Below are positions 47,350 to 56,544 of a stretch of DNA of 64,000 bases, piece after piece. Every line of letters starts with the position of its first letter. The first letter of the stretch is position 1. The notes beneath the pieces are model-generated. The model made no database searches. It was given only the letters and a program-made list of their open reading frames with translations, and was not told where the DNA came from. The stretch covers positions 1,504,001 to 1,568,000 of the forward strand of contig OZ251459.1 of NCBI GenBank assembly GCA_965242525.1, given 5' to 3'. Origin of the DNA: an uncultured Candidatus Binatia bacterium (lineage in GTDB: Bacteria > Desulfobacterota > Binatia > UBA9968 > JAJDTQ01). Position numbers and translations under genes: made by a program.

Positions 47350-47603
47350 GCCTCAACATCAAAGACGCCGAGGCCTGTCGACTCGCCGGCGAGCTCGCGC
47401 GGCTGACTGGCGAGAGCATGAGCGGCGCGATTACCATCGCGCTGCGCGAACGCCTGGAGCCTGAAAAGCGCCGCCGCGGCGCAGACGCCCTGGCTCGAGA
47501 ACTTCACGTCATCGAACAGCGCTGCGCCAGTCTCCTGGGGCCGGGACCATCGGCCGCGGAGCATGGCGATCTGCTTTACGATGAGCGAGGACTGCCCAAG
47601 TGA
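47346..47603 (+). CDS. vapB: Type II toxin-antitoxin antitoxin, VapB family
   Basis: 'MSLNIKDAEACRLAGELARLTGESM...ALRERL...LYDERGLPK'; overlaps a vapC-like start. Confidence 0.85.
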   Translation: MSLNIKDAEACRLAGELARLTGESMSGAITIALRERLEPEKRRRGADALARELHVIEQRCASLLGPGPSAAEHGDLLYDERGLPK

Positions 47604-47790
47604 TCGTTGATACTTCGGCAGTCCTTGCCGTTTTGCTTGACGAGCCAGACGCGGGACGCTACGAAGATGCGCGCGGCGGCTTGGCCTCGTCGCATCGCGG
47701 TGGTTGGGTTGCTCGAAGCTGCGATGGTCGTCGAAAGCAGAGGCCGAGCGGGGACGGGACAGGAACTCGACGTGTTGCCAGAAAATTTTG
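47600..47790 (+). pseudogene. vapC: VapC (PIN) toxin, frameshifted and truncated
   Basis: 'MIVDTSAVLAVLLDEPDA' then frame change near 47670 to 'RRIAVVGLLEAAMVVESRG...ELDVL'; C-terminal half absent. Confidence 0.8.
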
Positions 47791-47799
47791 GAGACCGAG

Positions 47800-48905
47800 A
47801 TGGAAATCTCTGATGCAACCGTATGGCAGGTGGCCGCAGGAGACAGGAAGAGATCCTACCAGGATGTGTTTCTGGATTGGGACGTGGTTTGTATTGGTCC
47901 AGGCGCCAGAGGGGAATGGCCGAAGTGCAAGGAGCAATTGATTAAGGATGGCTTCAGTCTTAAGGGACTCAACAAAATCGAAAGATTACACAATGAGATG
48001 AAGGAGGGAGACGTAGTCGTCTTGCGCATCGACACAGGAAAGGTCTACGGAGTAGGTCGAGTCGTCGGCGACTGCTGCTGGAACGACCACTTCGGAGATA
48101 TTGACGGCTGGGACCTTCAATTCGTCCGACGTGTAGTTTGGCTTTGGGATTATCGAAAAGATAATGATGGCAAGCCAAAGGGCTTCGAAGCCGGCGAAAT
48201 GAGAGGGGTGCCGCGGTTCTACAACTTAAGGAAGATGGACCCGTGAGAAATTGGATCGGTCATCCCGATTTTCCACCAAGGGAGTTACGGTGTGACCTTG
48301 TTCCACTTCCAGATGGCGAGCCAAAATCCATTGAGGTCTCGGAGGTGGCCGACTACCTGTTCGATCAAGGGGTCGCCGCAGACTCGATCAATGCCCTCAT
48401 CAAAGACTTGGGAGAGCTGCAGCGCATCGCTTCCTGGTACTATCGGAGCGGCACAAGGCCATCCGAATACGAAACAGTGGCTTACCTGGGGGTTCCGTTA
48501 CTTCGGGCTTTGGGTTGGACACCACAACAAATGGCGGTTGAATGGGACAAGATTGATATTGCTCTGTTCAGTCGACTCCCCAGAGGCGATAAAAACCTGG
48601 CGGTGGTGGTCGAGGCCAAAAAACGTGATGACGCTGTCATGTCTTATGAGGTCCTGTTACAAGCCGTAGGTTACGCGACCCAGCCCGGACGTGACGAATG
48701 CCACCGGATCATATGCACGGATGGGATCCGATACGCTGTGTATGTCAAGGGCAACAACGGCCATTTTCCTGATTCTCCTTATACTCCGACAGCCTACCTC
48801 AACATAAACAGGATGATGGATGGCTATCCTGTTTTGAAGTGCCCCGGCGCGGCTGAGGCGCTGCGACTGATTTCCTCCGATTGGACGGGCGAAGCACCCG
48901 AATAG
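47800..48905 (+). pseudogene. Probable frameshifted nuclease gene (N-terminal DNA-binding-like domain + HsdR_N-like PD-(D/E)xK domain), seen as ORFs 47800-48246 and 48243-48905
   Basis: Second part has 'PSEYET...VPLLRALGW...VEW.KIDIALF...VVEAKK...QAVGYA...CTDG'; its frame is open from the GGGG run near 48206. Confidence 0.6.
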
Positions 48906-49032
48906 CCCGGCCGGGAGTGACCCAGCAGTTGTCCGCTGAGTTGATGAACCCACCTTCGACTTGACCCATCGGACAGGACCGTTTCAATGGGGGAAGTCCT
49001 TGGTCCAATTACCGGGCATTTCGCCTGTTCCC

Positions 49033-50748
49033 TTACGACGCATGCATTTCCGAGATAAGCGAACGAGTATCTTCCAACAAGTCCGTGAGTTCCCGGAAGA
49101 GGTTGCTGCGCGAACGCCGCATGTCCCGGAGCTCATCCAGTTGCCCATCCACCTCTGCAAGACGCGTATCCAGGGATTCGGCCACATAGGTGTTGGTCGC
49201 TTCGTCGAAATGGAGTTCGATGGCATGGGCTGCTTCACCGAACCCCGCCCGCACGGCCGTTCGGCCTTCGCGCAGTTCCCGTTCCAGCTTGGCCGCATCG
49301 GCGTCTTCCTTGACCTGGAGCGCAACAGTCAAGACGACCCCCGCTACGCTCAAGACCCGACCGGCGTTCGTGATCGTGCGCGCCCATTTGACCGCTTCCC
49401 AGGGCTTGAAGGACTTTCCGAAGAGGTGTCCCAGGTCTTTTGCGAGACCGTGGGTCGCCGTACCCGAATACTGGCCGAGATTGAACAGACTCGCCCTGTC
49501 CGCGGGATTGAACGAGTGCTTGAGGAGGAACTGCCCGAGTTTGTGAGTCACGTCCGCACCCTGCCTTGCCATGGACAGTGTCTTCGGGTCGATATCGATA
49601 GCCTGGACCCTTTGGGTCAGCCTCGGCATCAGTTCCTTGACGAACTCGCCTTCGAGTATCCGATCTACACGTGCGGCAAGGTCGTTGACCTGCTCCGCCA
49701 TCGTCTCTTGAAGGGCGCCGGACAGAGCGTCCACGTGTTCCTGAACGCGCTCCTGGGCGGCCGCCAGTTCCCGGTTGACGGCCTCGGAGTCCGCCCCCTC
49801 ACGGATCAGCTCGGCCGCGTTGCGGCCTTCCTCCCGAATCCTGGCGGTCGTCTGATGGACCCTGCTTTCCACTGATCGCGAAAGCCGTGTCTTGCTGTCC
49901 AGCAACGCGCGCCTCTGCTGGATCAGCAACTCTTGCAGGGCGTCCACGTCAGGATCATCGCCGGTCTCGGCCGCGAGGGCCTCTTGGAGCGCCTGTTCGA
50001 GGGTGTAGAGCGCCGTCGTATAGCGCCCAGCCAGCCCCTTTTCCCGCACGAACGCATCGAGGTTGTCGATGAAGGCGTCGAAACCGCTCCTCTGCCGGTA
50101 TATCCTGCAAACATCTTCGTCTTCCTCTGCACGGGCCTCCAGCGCGGCCTCGGCGTCCACGAAAGAGAGGCGAAGTTGTTCCGGGGTGAAGGGGACGAGG
50201 ACTCTTCGGAGATCTTGCCGGATCACTTCCTGCGCTTCCGGTGTGTTGCCCTCGGCGCACCTCTGCATCTTGTTGACCACCAACAGCATTTCGTGGGCTT
50301 TTTCCCGTTCGACTGCGAGTTTCCTGAAGTGCTCCGCCATATGGGAGTCGAACAACTCGTTGGTGACGACGAAAACCAACAGGTCGGCCTTGCCGATGGC
50401 CTCGTAGGTGGTTTCGTCGTGGTCGGGCCGCAACTCCGTATGGACACCGGGAGTGTCCACCACCTTGATCCCGTTCCAGTCGAGTTGCCGGCCCTGCTCG
50501 GTGGTGATGCCGCCCCCGATCTCGATGTCTTCTCGACCGGTCATGGCCTTGAGGATGGAAGACTTGCCGGCACTGTATTGACCGGCGAAGACCACCTGCA
50601 CCGATTCTTCGAGAGGCGCCGCTTCTCCCGGAATGCGCTGCGCGAACTCCCGCACCTTGTCGAAAGGCGCATCCTCGAGGACTTCCCTGGCTCTGTCGAG
50701 CAGGGCTTGTCCTCTTTCGAGCCATTGTCCAAGCGCCAGATCCTTCAT
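49033..50748 (-). CDS. LeoA-type dynamin-like GTPase
   Basis: G1 'GQYSAGKS', G3 'DTPG', G4 'NKMQ'; helical stalk with 'FKPWEAVK' and hydrophobic paddle as recalled for LeoA; 571 aa. Confidence 0.75.
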   Translation of the reverse strand: MKDLALGQWLERGQALLDRAREVLEDAPFDKVREFAQRIPGEAAPLEESVQVVFAGQYSAGKSSILKAMTGREDIEIGGGITTEQGRQLDWNGIKVVDTPGVHTELRPDHDETTYEAIGKADLLVFVVTNELFDSHMAEHFRKLAVEREKAHEMLLVVNKMQRCAEGNTPEAQEVIRQDLRRVLVPFTPEQLRLSFVDAEAALEARAEEDEDVCRIYRQRSGFDAFIDNLDAFVREKGLAGRYTTALYTLEQALQEALAAETGDDPDVDALQELLIQQRRALLDSKTRLSRSVESRVHQTTARIREEGRNAAELIREGADSEAVNRELAAAQERVQEHVDALSGALQETMAEQVNDLAARVDRILEGEFVKELMPRLTQRVQAIDIDPKTLSMARQGADVTHKLGQFLLKHSFNPADRASLFNLGQYSGTATHGLAKDLGHLFGKSFKPWEAVKWARTITNAGRVLSVAGVVLTVALQVKEDADAAKLERELREGRTAVRAGFGEAAHAIELHFDEATNTYVAESLDTRLAEVDGQLDELRDMRRSRSNLFRELTDLLEDTRSLISEMHAS

Positions 50749-50766
50749 TGCTCACAGCCTCCATCT

Positions 50767-52872
50767 TCACTTCATCACGTATAGTTCGGTCAACTGCTGC
50801 GCGAGGCGAATACGAGAGACGGTAGCCGCATCGAGGTCATCTACCGAAACGTGGGCCACCTGAATGTCCGGCTCGATACGGATTTGGCTTCGTTTGCAGC
50901 CGCGCCCGATGACCTGGACGAGGATCGAGACCTTGTTGGGCGTGTTGACCGCATACAGTATATCTTCCCCAAGCAGCTTCTCCAGTCCCCGGTGTACGTC
51001 CTCGGGCATTTTCGCCCCAAGCTCCATCAGCAGCAACATCACTTGTCCGGGCACTCGCGCCACGTCTCGAACCAGACTCTCGCAGTCCTCGCGCCCAAGG
51101 CGTCGAAGCGCCTCATCGAGCAACGCGCGATGCAGGTTCTTCTGCCGCCGGTCGAGTCTCCACGCCAGTCTTCTTTGTGCGTCCGCCAATGCTGAGACAT
51201 CCGAAACGATCGTCGAGAGTTCGCCAAGACAGGCATGAACCTGGTTTTCCAGGATCTCATCGAAAAAGCAGTTGTGGAGTTCCTCTTTGAGCTTGTCTTC
51301 TATCCTTTCGACGTCGGCCTCGAGTTTGTCCTTGAGTTCAACGCGTTGCTTTTGCGCCTTCTCTCTTCGGCTCTCGAAAAGCTGCGAAACGAGCCAACCT
51401 GCCAATCCGACTGCGACTGCAGCCGCGGCCCAGACGAGCGGAACGCCACCAAGGATGAGGGAAGCAATGACGAGTCCTCCCGTAAGGCTGTTGGTGAACC
51501 AGTCCCAGGCGCGTCTCGAATCGAAAATGGCATCCATGCTGATCCGTTTGTCGCCAGCGAACCTGCCGACGAAATCCAACTCGGCCTTCAGTTGGCGTGT
51601 GCTGTCCGATAGCTCATCTCGGCATTCTTCCTGGATCTGCTCGACGAGTTTCTGGGCCTTTTGGCCTAACTGCTGCCTCTCGACCAATGCCTCCCAGCGC
51701 TCTCCTGCATCGCGCCGATCATAGTTGTTCTCCGCAAACGCCGGAATTTCCGCGCGAAGCGCGTTCATTTCCCTTTCGATAAACGTGGCGATGCGTTCTT
51801 CTCCGTCTTTGCGGAACTGGTGGGACCACGTTTCGACCTGTCGCCTCTTGTTGAGGAAAACGCGGCCACTGGAGGAATTCTCATAGCTGAATTTCAGGAG
51901 TTTCTCGCTGAGCTCCATCATTGGACATACGGCGGCGTCGATGAAGCTCTTCCATCGCAGGAAGGCGCCGCGGCCGATCATCTCCGAAACGATTTCTTCT
52001 TCCACACGGTGGAAACGGCTCGCAGATTCCAGGTCTTTCTTTTGCAGCTCGTAGTCGGGCTGCTGGGAGAGGAACTTGGCTCTCAGATGGGTGCTGAAGA
52101 AAGGGATGCGGGCGCCCGGGCCGTATCTGTCCGCAAACTCGTGGAACTGTTCCACGATGGCGCCGAGCCGTTCAGGTTCGAACTTCCTTCTCAAGAGAGG
52201 TAGTTCGTCAGCATTGTGGAGGGCTGCCTTGACGTTGAGGAGGCCCAGGACCGGCTTGCCCAGCGCCCGAACGCGGGCGAGACACTTGGCTTCTTCGTCT
52301 TGCGGCGCGTCGTCGGTGATGAGAAAGAGCACCAGGTCCGCTTGCTTCGCGGCCTCGAACGCGACTTCCTCGTCCTCGCGCCCCTCGAACGCGGCCACGC
52401 CGGGCACATCGGTAACCGCAAGCCCCTTCCACTCGTAGCTCCGCACGTCCCGGGTCGTGCGCTGAGACCCCTTGCCGATGGATGATCCGTCGCCGTTGGT
52501 CAGGATCTCCATCAACGTGGACTTGCCCGCCATCGTTCGACCGAAGAGGGCGATGGAGAACTTGTCGAGGCGCGCGTATTGCTCTGCCAGGGAAGCACGC
52601 AACTGCCTGGGCAACAGATCGAACTGGGATACCGCTTCTTGGAGTTGTCTTCGGAGTTGAGCGCTGAACTCGTTGGTGTTGACCTGTCTGTTGTCCAGCT
52701 TCGAAAGGTTCCGTTTCAGGTCAGCCAAAACCGCATCGGAGTCGACCTGGATCCCCTTGAGCGTCTCGCTTGCGATCCGGTATCCCTCGCGAGCCGTTCG
52801 CCGGCAATCGGCAAGGGCCTGTTCCAATTCGCTCTTTTCCTGCCCTTTGCCAAACCCGAGAAACACGTTCAT
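50767..52872 (-). CDS. Dynamin-like/Era-type P-loop GTPase with membrane hairpin
   Basis: G1 'GRTMAGKS', 'RTT', G3 'DVPG'; coiled coils; hydrophobic hairpin 'GGLVIASLILGGVPLVWAAAAVAVGLAGWLV'. Confidence 0.8.
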   Translation of the reverse strand: MNVFLGFGKGQEKSELEQALADCRRTAREGYRIASETLKGIQVDSDAVLADLKRNLSKLDNRQVNTNEFSAQLRRQLQEAVSQFDLLPRQLRASLAEQYARLDKFSIALFGRTMAGKSTLMEILTNGDGSSIGKGSQRTTRDVRSYEWKGLAVTDVPGVAAFEGREDEEVAFEAAKQADLVLFLITDDAPQDEEAKCLARVRALGKPVLGLLNVKAALHNADELPLLRRKFEPERLGAIVEQFHEFADRYGPGARIPFFSTHLRAKFLSQQPDYELQKKDLESASRFHRVEEEIVSEMIGRGAFLRWKSFIDAAVCPMMELSEKLLKFSYENSSSGRVFLNKRRQVETWSHQFRKDGEERIATFIEREMNALRAEIPAFAENNYDRRDAGERWEALVERQQLGQKAQKLVEQIQEECRDELSDSTRQLKAELDFVGRFAGDKRISMDAIFDSRRAWDWFTNSLTGGLVIASLILGGVPLVWAAAAVAVGLAGWLVSQLFESRREKAQKQRVELKDKLEADVERIEDKLKEELHNCFFDEILENQVHACLGELSTIVSDVSALADAQRRLAWRLDRRQKNLHRALLDEALRRLGREDCESLVRDVARVPGQVMLLLMELGAKMPEDVHRGLEKLLGEDILYAVNTPNKVSILVQVIGRGCKRSQIRIEPDIQVAHVSVDDLDAATVSRIRLAQQLTELYVMK

Positions 52873-52942
52873 AGGGACACAACCCGGAAACGGCCGGTCG
52901 CCTCCGACTCGCTGACCGTGGACGGGAACTCCGGTCGCGGAG

Positions 52943-54004
52943 CTATCCGTTGTCGGCGGCGGTCATGCGGTTCTTGAGGTCCGCGGCCAGGGACGCGCTG
53001 GCGTGGGACAAGTAGCTGGCGAGCTTCTTCAAGTCCTCCGCGAGACCCTCCACGCCCTTCTTCTCCGCCTTCTTCGCCAAGGCGCTGGCGGTCATTCCCG
53101 CCACCATGCCCGCGGCCAGCGCCAACCCGGCCGGGCCGCCGAGGGCCACTACCGCCGGCACCACCGCCATGGGGGCGGCGGCCACCGCGGTCCCCTTGGC
53201 AAGGCCTTTCAGCCCCTCCTCATAGCTGCCGGTCTTGCGGGCTTCCGTGAACGCCTTTGCCAACGCCACCAGGGTCACGACTCCCAGGATCGGGTTGGCG
53301 GACACGATTGCGGCAAGCCCCGTCCCTCCCACGATTGCTCCAAAATCCCGCGCCTCTCCGTCCGACCAACGAAACACCAGCGCGACGCTCCCCAGCAACC
53401 CGCCCAGGACCTCGGCCGAATCGTAGGCAGCCAAGTCCGCAAACCACTGCTTGGGGACCCCGAAGGTCTGGTCCAGCGTGTCCGCGACCTTGTGGTACGT
53501 CTCCGGGTCCCAGGTAAAGAACGGAAGCCCCGCTGGCGTGCTGGCATCCCGGAAGAGCCCAAGGGTCATTCCCATGGCGCGCGCTATGAGACCGTCTTCT
53601 CCCGGAGCGTCCTTGGCGGCCTCGAACGCGCCCCATAGCGTGTGTCCTCCGTCGAACAACCGGTGGAGCCCGCCGCCCACGTGAGTTTCCAGGTACTGCG
53701 CGTCCATCATCCTGTCGTAGATGGTGGGCGCGCCCTTGGCTAACTGGGCGAGCATGTCGTTCAGGTTGTTCGCCAGTTCGGTGGCCAGAAGCCCCTGCCC
53801 CAACGCATTCAGGCGCTTGACCGCGGCGGTTGCGGCCTTTGCCGTCTGCTCACCCCCCGACTTGCTCTTGCCGTAGCTCCACGCCACCGCTTCTGCGACC
53901 GCGCCGGCGCCACGAGTCCCGTATTCGCCTACTGCGGAAGCGGCCCTGCCCACGGTCTCCACCGTCGTGTCCTTGACCTTCTTCACGCCTTCGCTCGGAT
54001 CCAT
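52943..54004 (-). CDS. Hypothetical membrane protein with HRLFDGGH motif and glycine-zipper-like helices
   Basis: 353-aa ORF, coding-like codon usage, 'TIYDRMMD...LHRLFDGGHT...GLPF'; Gly/Ala-rich hydrophobic C-terminal helices. Confidence 0.7.
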   Translation of the reverse strand: MDPSEGVKKVKDTTVETVGRAASAVGEYGTRGAGAVAEAVAWSYGKSKSGGEQTAKAATAAVKRLNALGQGLLATELANNLNDMLAQLAKGAPTIYDRMMDAQYLETHVGGGLHRLFDGGHTLWGAFEAAKDAPGEDGLIARAMGMTLGLFRDASTPAGLPFFTWDPETYHKVADTLDQTFGVPKQWFADLAAYDSAEVLGGLLGSVALVFRWSDGEARDFGAIVGGTGLAAIVSANPILGVVTLVALAKAFTEARKTGSYEEGLKGLAKGTAVAAAPMAVVPAVVALGGPAGLALAAGMVAGMTASALAKKAEKKGVEGLAEDLKKLASYLSHASASLAADLKNRMTAADNG

Positions 54005-54273
54005 CTCAGGGTTCTCCCATCATGCCGGCACCTTGCGCTGACCTTCCATCCATGAACGCTACATGAAGATCCGTATCCGTGAGGCGAAAGATCGGATCGC
54101 CGCCATGACTTCTTTCACCTTCACCCGATCCGCCCCCGGTCTGCGCTCCGGATCCGCGGCTTGGCCTTCGCCAGCCATGTTCGACCCCCGGCAGAGCCGG
54201 CGGTCCCGGAGAACTTCGGACCCGCGGAGCGATCACCCCGACCGCGCCTGCGGCAACGGGCCGCGGCAAAGCC

Positions 54274-54531
54274 TCAGCCGCCGTATTTCTCCCACTGCTC
54301 GGGGGTGAAGGTCTTCAGCGAGAGTGCGTGGATGCGTTCGTCGCCGAGCTCGTCCTTGAGCGCGTCATAGACCATCTTGTGCTGGTCGATGAGGCCCTTG
54401 CCGGCAAAGGAGTCGTGCACGACCACCACCTGGTAGTGGTCTCCCCCGCCCGTCAGGTCCTTGATGACGGGGACCGAGCAGCCCGGAAAGACCTTCCCCA
54501 ACGTGCCTTCGATTTCTTCTGGCTGGATCAT
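54274..54531 (-). CDS. BolA/IbaG family protein
   Basis: 'DLTGGGDHYQVVVV..SFAGKGLIDQHKMVY..L...IHALSLKT.TP'. Confidence 0.93.
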   Translation of the reverse strand: MIQPEEIEGTLGKVFPGCSVPVIKDLTGGGDHYQVVVVHDSFAGKGLIDQHKMVYDALKDELGDERIHALSLKTFTPEQWEKYGG

Positions 54532-54633
54532 GGGTTTGGATTAGCACACGTGCAGGCCGCCGAACAAGCGGAGGGCGGCGGGCCGCCCGCGGTTTCCTGC
54601 GCCCGGCCCGCCGCCTCCCCTGCCCCTCGCGGT

Positions 54634-55140
54634 TCAGGCCTGGGGGTCGTAGTCGTCCCGGCACTGCCGGATCATGGCCCGCATGTCGGCCCGCAGCTCC
54701 TCGTTGGTGGGCCGGCCCACGTAGTACCAGCCGTTGTAGATCCGGTGGACGGTAAGGTCCGGCAGCAGCGAGAAGGCATAGGGGATCGCCAGGGTCCCGT
54801 GCTTCTTGTCCGTGGTATCCACGATTTCCAGGGCTTCGATGGCCTTGAACTCGCGGTCGCTGAGGAACGGGAACGCGGCCCCGAGGCCGGCCCTGAGCGC
54901 CGCGTTGACCTTGGGCGGGTCCACGCTGACCACCGCCAGCTTGCAGTAGCTGACCGGAAGCTCTTCCTGCAGGGTCACCAGGTGGCGCAACTGCACCACG
55001 CACTTGCCTCACCAGTAGCCGCGGTAGAAGACCAGGACGAGGGGGAACTTCCCCGCGGCCAACTGCGACAACGGCGCCTGCTCGCCGAGATGGTCCTCCA
55101 GCGACAGGTCCGGAAACTTCATGCCGACTGTCTGGTTCAT
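54634..55140 (-). CDS. AhpC/TSA (redoxin) family selenoprotein, UxxC motif, in-frame TGA at 55009-55011
   Basis: RBS ggagg + ATG 55140 gives MNQTVGMKFPDLSL...VLVFYRGYW-TGA-GKCVVQL..., continuing in frame into the 54634-54999 ORF; hairpin just 3' of TGA. Confidence 0.85.
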
Positions 55141-55323
55141 GATGCCCTCCTTTCGTCTGTTGCTCGTTGCCCGCATGGCGCCGGGGGTTTTGCGCCGGCC
55201 TTCGGTGGGGTATTATAGTACAGGTTTGAAAACCATGACGAATGCAAGAAAGCCCAACTCGGTGAACTCCAGGCTTTGACGGCAACGGCAACCAGGTTGC
55301 CAGCCTGACCCCAGATCCCACCC

Positions 55324-55360
55324 GAAGACGCCATCCCGGAAAATCCGGGATGGCGTCTTC
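55324..55360. terminator. Perfect hairpin followed by a pyrimidine tract
   Basis: gaagacgccatcccgga aaa tccgggatggcgtcttc, 17-bp stem. Confidence 0.55.
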
Positions 55361-55368
55361 TCTCTTCC

Positions 55369-55398
55369 TTGACAGGATATGCCGGGGTCTCGTATAGT
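55369..55398 (+). promoter_or_regulatory. Sigma70-like promoter for the NHLP precursor
   Basis: TTGACA (55369-55374), 18 nt, TATAGT (55393-55398). Confidence 0.6.
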
Positions 55399-55553
55399 CA
55401 GGGCGCCCCGTGGTTGTAGTGGGCTGCGGGCTTGGCGGCGTGCAGTCTCCACTACCAGGGACAGGTTATCCTCGTTACCTTCTTTGCTGCACGCCGCCAC
55501 CTTGAAGGCAGTAAGGCTTGGGGAGCCTGACTAACCAGAGGAAGGAGGAAGCA

Positions 55554-55832
55554 ATGGAAACGGTAAGTGAAATGCGGGAAAGGATCGTGGTCAAGGCGAG
55601 AACGGATGCGGACTTCCGCGCACGGTTGCTTAGCGACCCGAAGGGAACCATTGGGCAGGAGTTGGGCGTCACTATTCCGGAGTCCATTTCCATCGATGTC
55701 CACGAGGAGAGCGCTACATCCGCGCATCTGGTTCTGCCCCCCGAGAGCAAGTTGAGCGAGGAAGATTTGAAAGCGGTTGCTGGTGGAACGAGCCTGTGGG
55801 AGGCTATTAAGCAGACCGCAAGGGATTGGTAA
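55554..55832 (+). CDS. NHLP (nitrile hydratase-like leader) RiPP precursor
   Basis: RBS aaggagg; 'IVVKARTDADFRARLLSDPK...HLVLP...LSEEDLKAVAGG' then core TSLWEAIKQTARDW. Confidence 0.9.
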   Translation: METVSEMRERIVVKARTDADFRARLLSDPKGTIGQELGVTIPESISIDVHEESATSAHLVLPPESKLSEEDLKAVAGGTSLWEAIKQTARDW

Positions 55833-55870
55833 TCCTGCCGGCCGCTTTGGTTGTAGCCCTTGACCCAACC

Positions 55871-55917
55871 GGAAACGCCGCCCACGCCGTCCCCACGGCG
55901 CCCAGGGCGGCGTTTCC
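55871..55917 (+). terminator. Hairpin downstream of the NHLP gene
   Basis: ggaaacgccgccc ... gggcggcgtttcc then pyrimidine-rich tract. Confidence 0.5.
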
Positions 55918-56148
55918 TCTCTCTCCCTTCCCTTTCCCTACTGGCAGGCTCAACGGGCTTCCTGGGCGCCCAGAGCCTGACCCCGGACGGACGTCCTCGA
56001 CAGCGCCCGCGAGGTCCCCGGAACCTTCCCCGGGGACCCGATTTTCCCACCTTCCGCCCTTGACTTTCGGGAAAGCCCGATGTATGAAAATCCTTAAGTA
56101 TTTCAAGGTCTTGGAGTTAATCTATTAGTCGGGAAAAGGATATCCGTC

Positions 56149-56370
56149 ATGCCTCTGTATGAATTCCAGTGCAAGGGTTGCGGCCACGAGTTCGAGGACC
56201 TCGTGCTGGGGTCCTCCTGCCCCGTCTGTCCGAGTTGCAACGGCCAACGGCTCGAGCGGCTGCTCTCGGTGTTCGCGGTCAACGGCGCCGCGGACGATCC
56301 GATGCCGGCTCCGGGCGGCTGTGGAAGCTGCGGCGACCCAAGGGGGCCGGGGGCGTGCTCGATGGATTAG
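56149..56370 (+). CDS. FmdB family zinc-ribbon protein
   Basis: 'MPLYEFQCKGCGHEFE...CPSC...RLLS'. Confidence 0.9.
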   Translation: MPLYEFQCKGCGHEFEDLVLGSSCPVCPSCNGQRLERLLSVFAVNGAADDPMPAPGGCGSCGDPRGPGACSMD

Positions 56371-56390
56371 CGGTTGGGCGGCGGGGGGAT

Positions 56391-56415
56391 GGATTCCCGC
56401 TTTCGCGGGAATGAC
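56391..56415. repeat. REP-like palindrome family B
   Basis: ggattcccgctttcgcgggaatgac. Confidence 0.85.
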
Positions 56416-56544
56416 GGAGATGTAGGTCGCCGCGGGGCCTGCTTCCCGGGAGCGGGGCAGGGAATCTCGACGGAAAATTTCTGCGGGGTGTGACTTTCCC
56501 GAAGAATTGGGGTAAACAGTAGGGTAGCGCTCAAGGAGCTGGAC

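Noticed and set aside
54063-54110. MKIRIREAKDRIAAM resembling the start of a Phd/YefM antitoxin
   Set aside because: Only ~12 residues of resemblance and the rest of the ORF looks non-coding; cannot support.
54154-54295. Possible decayed copy of the bolA stop region (ccgcggc...gcct...gcc), offset 107
   Set aside because: Identity too low and period off-pattern; needs a statistical test.
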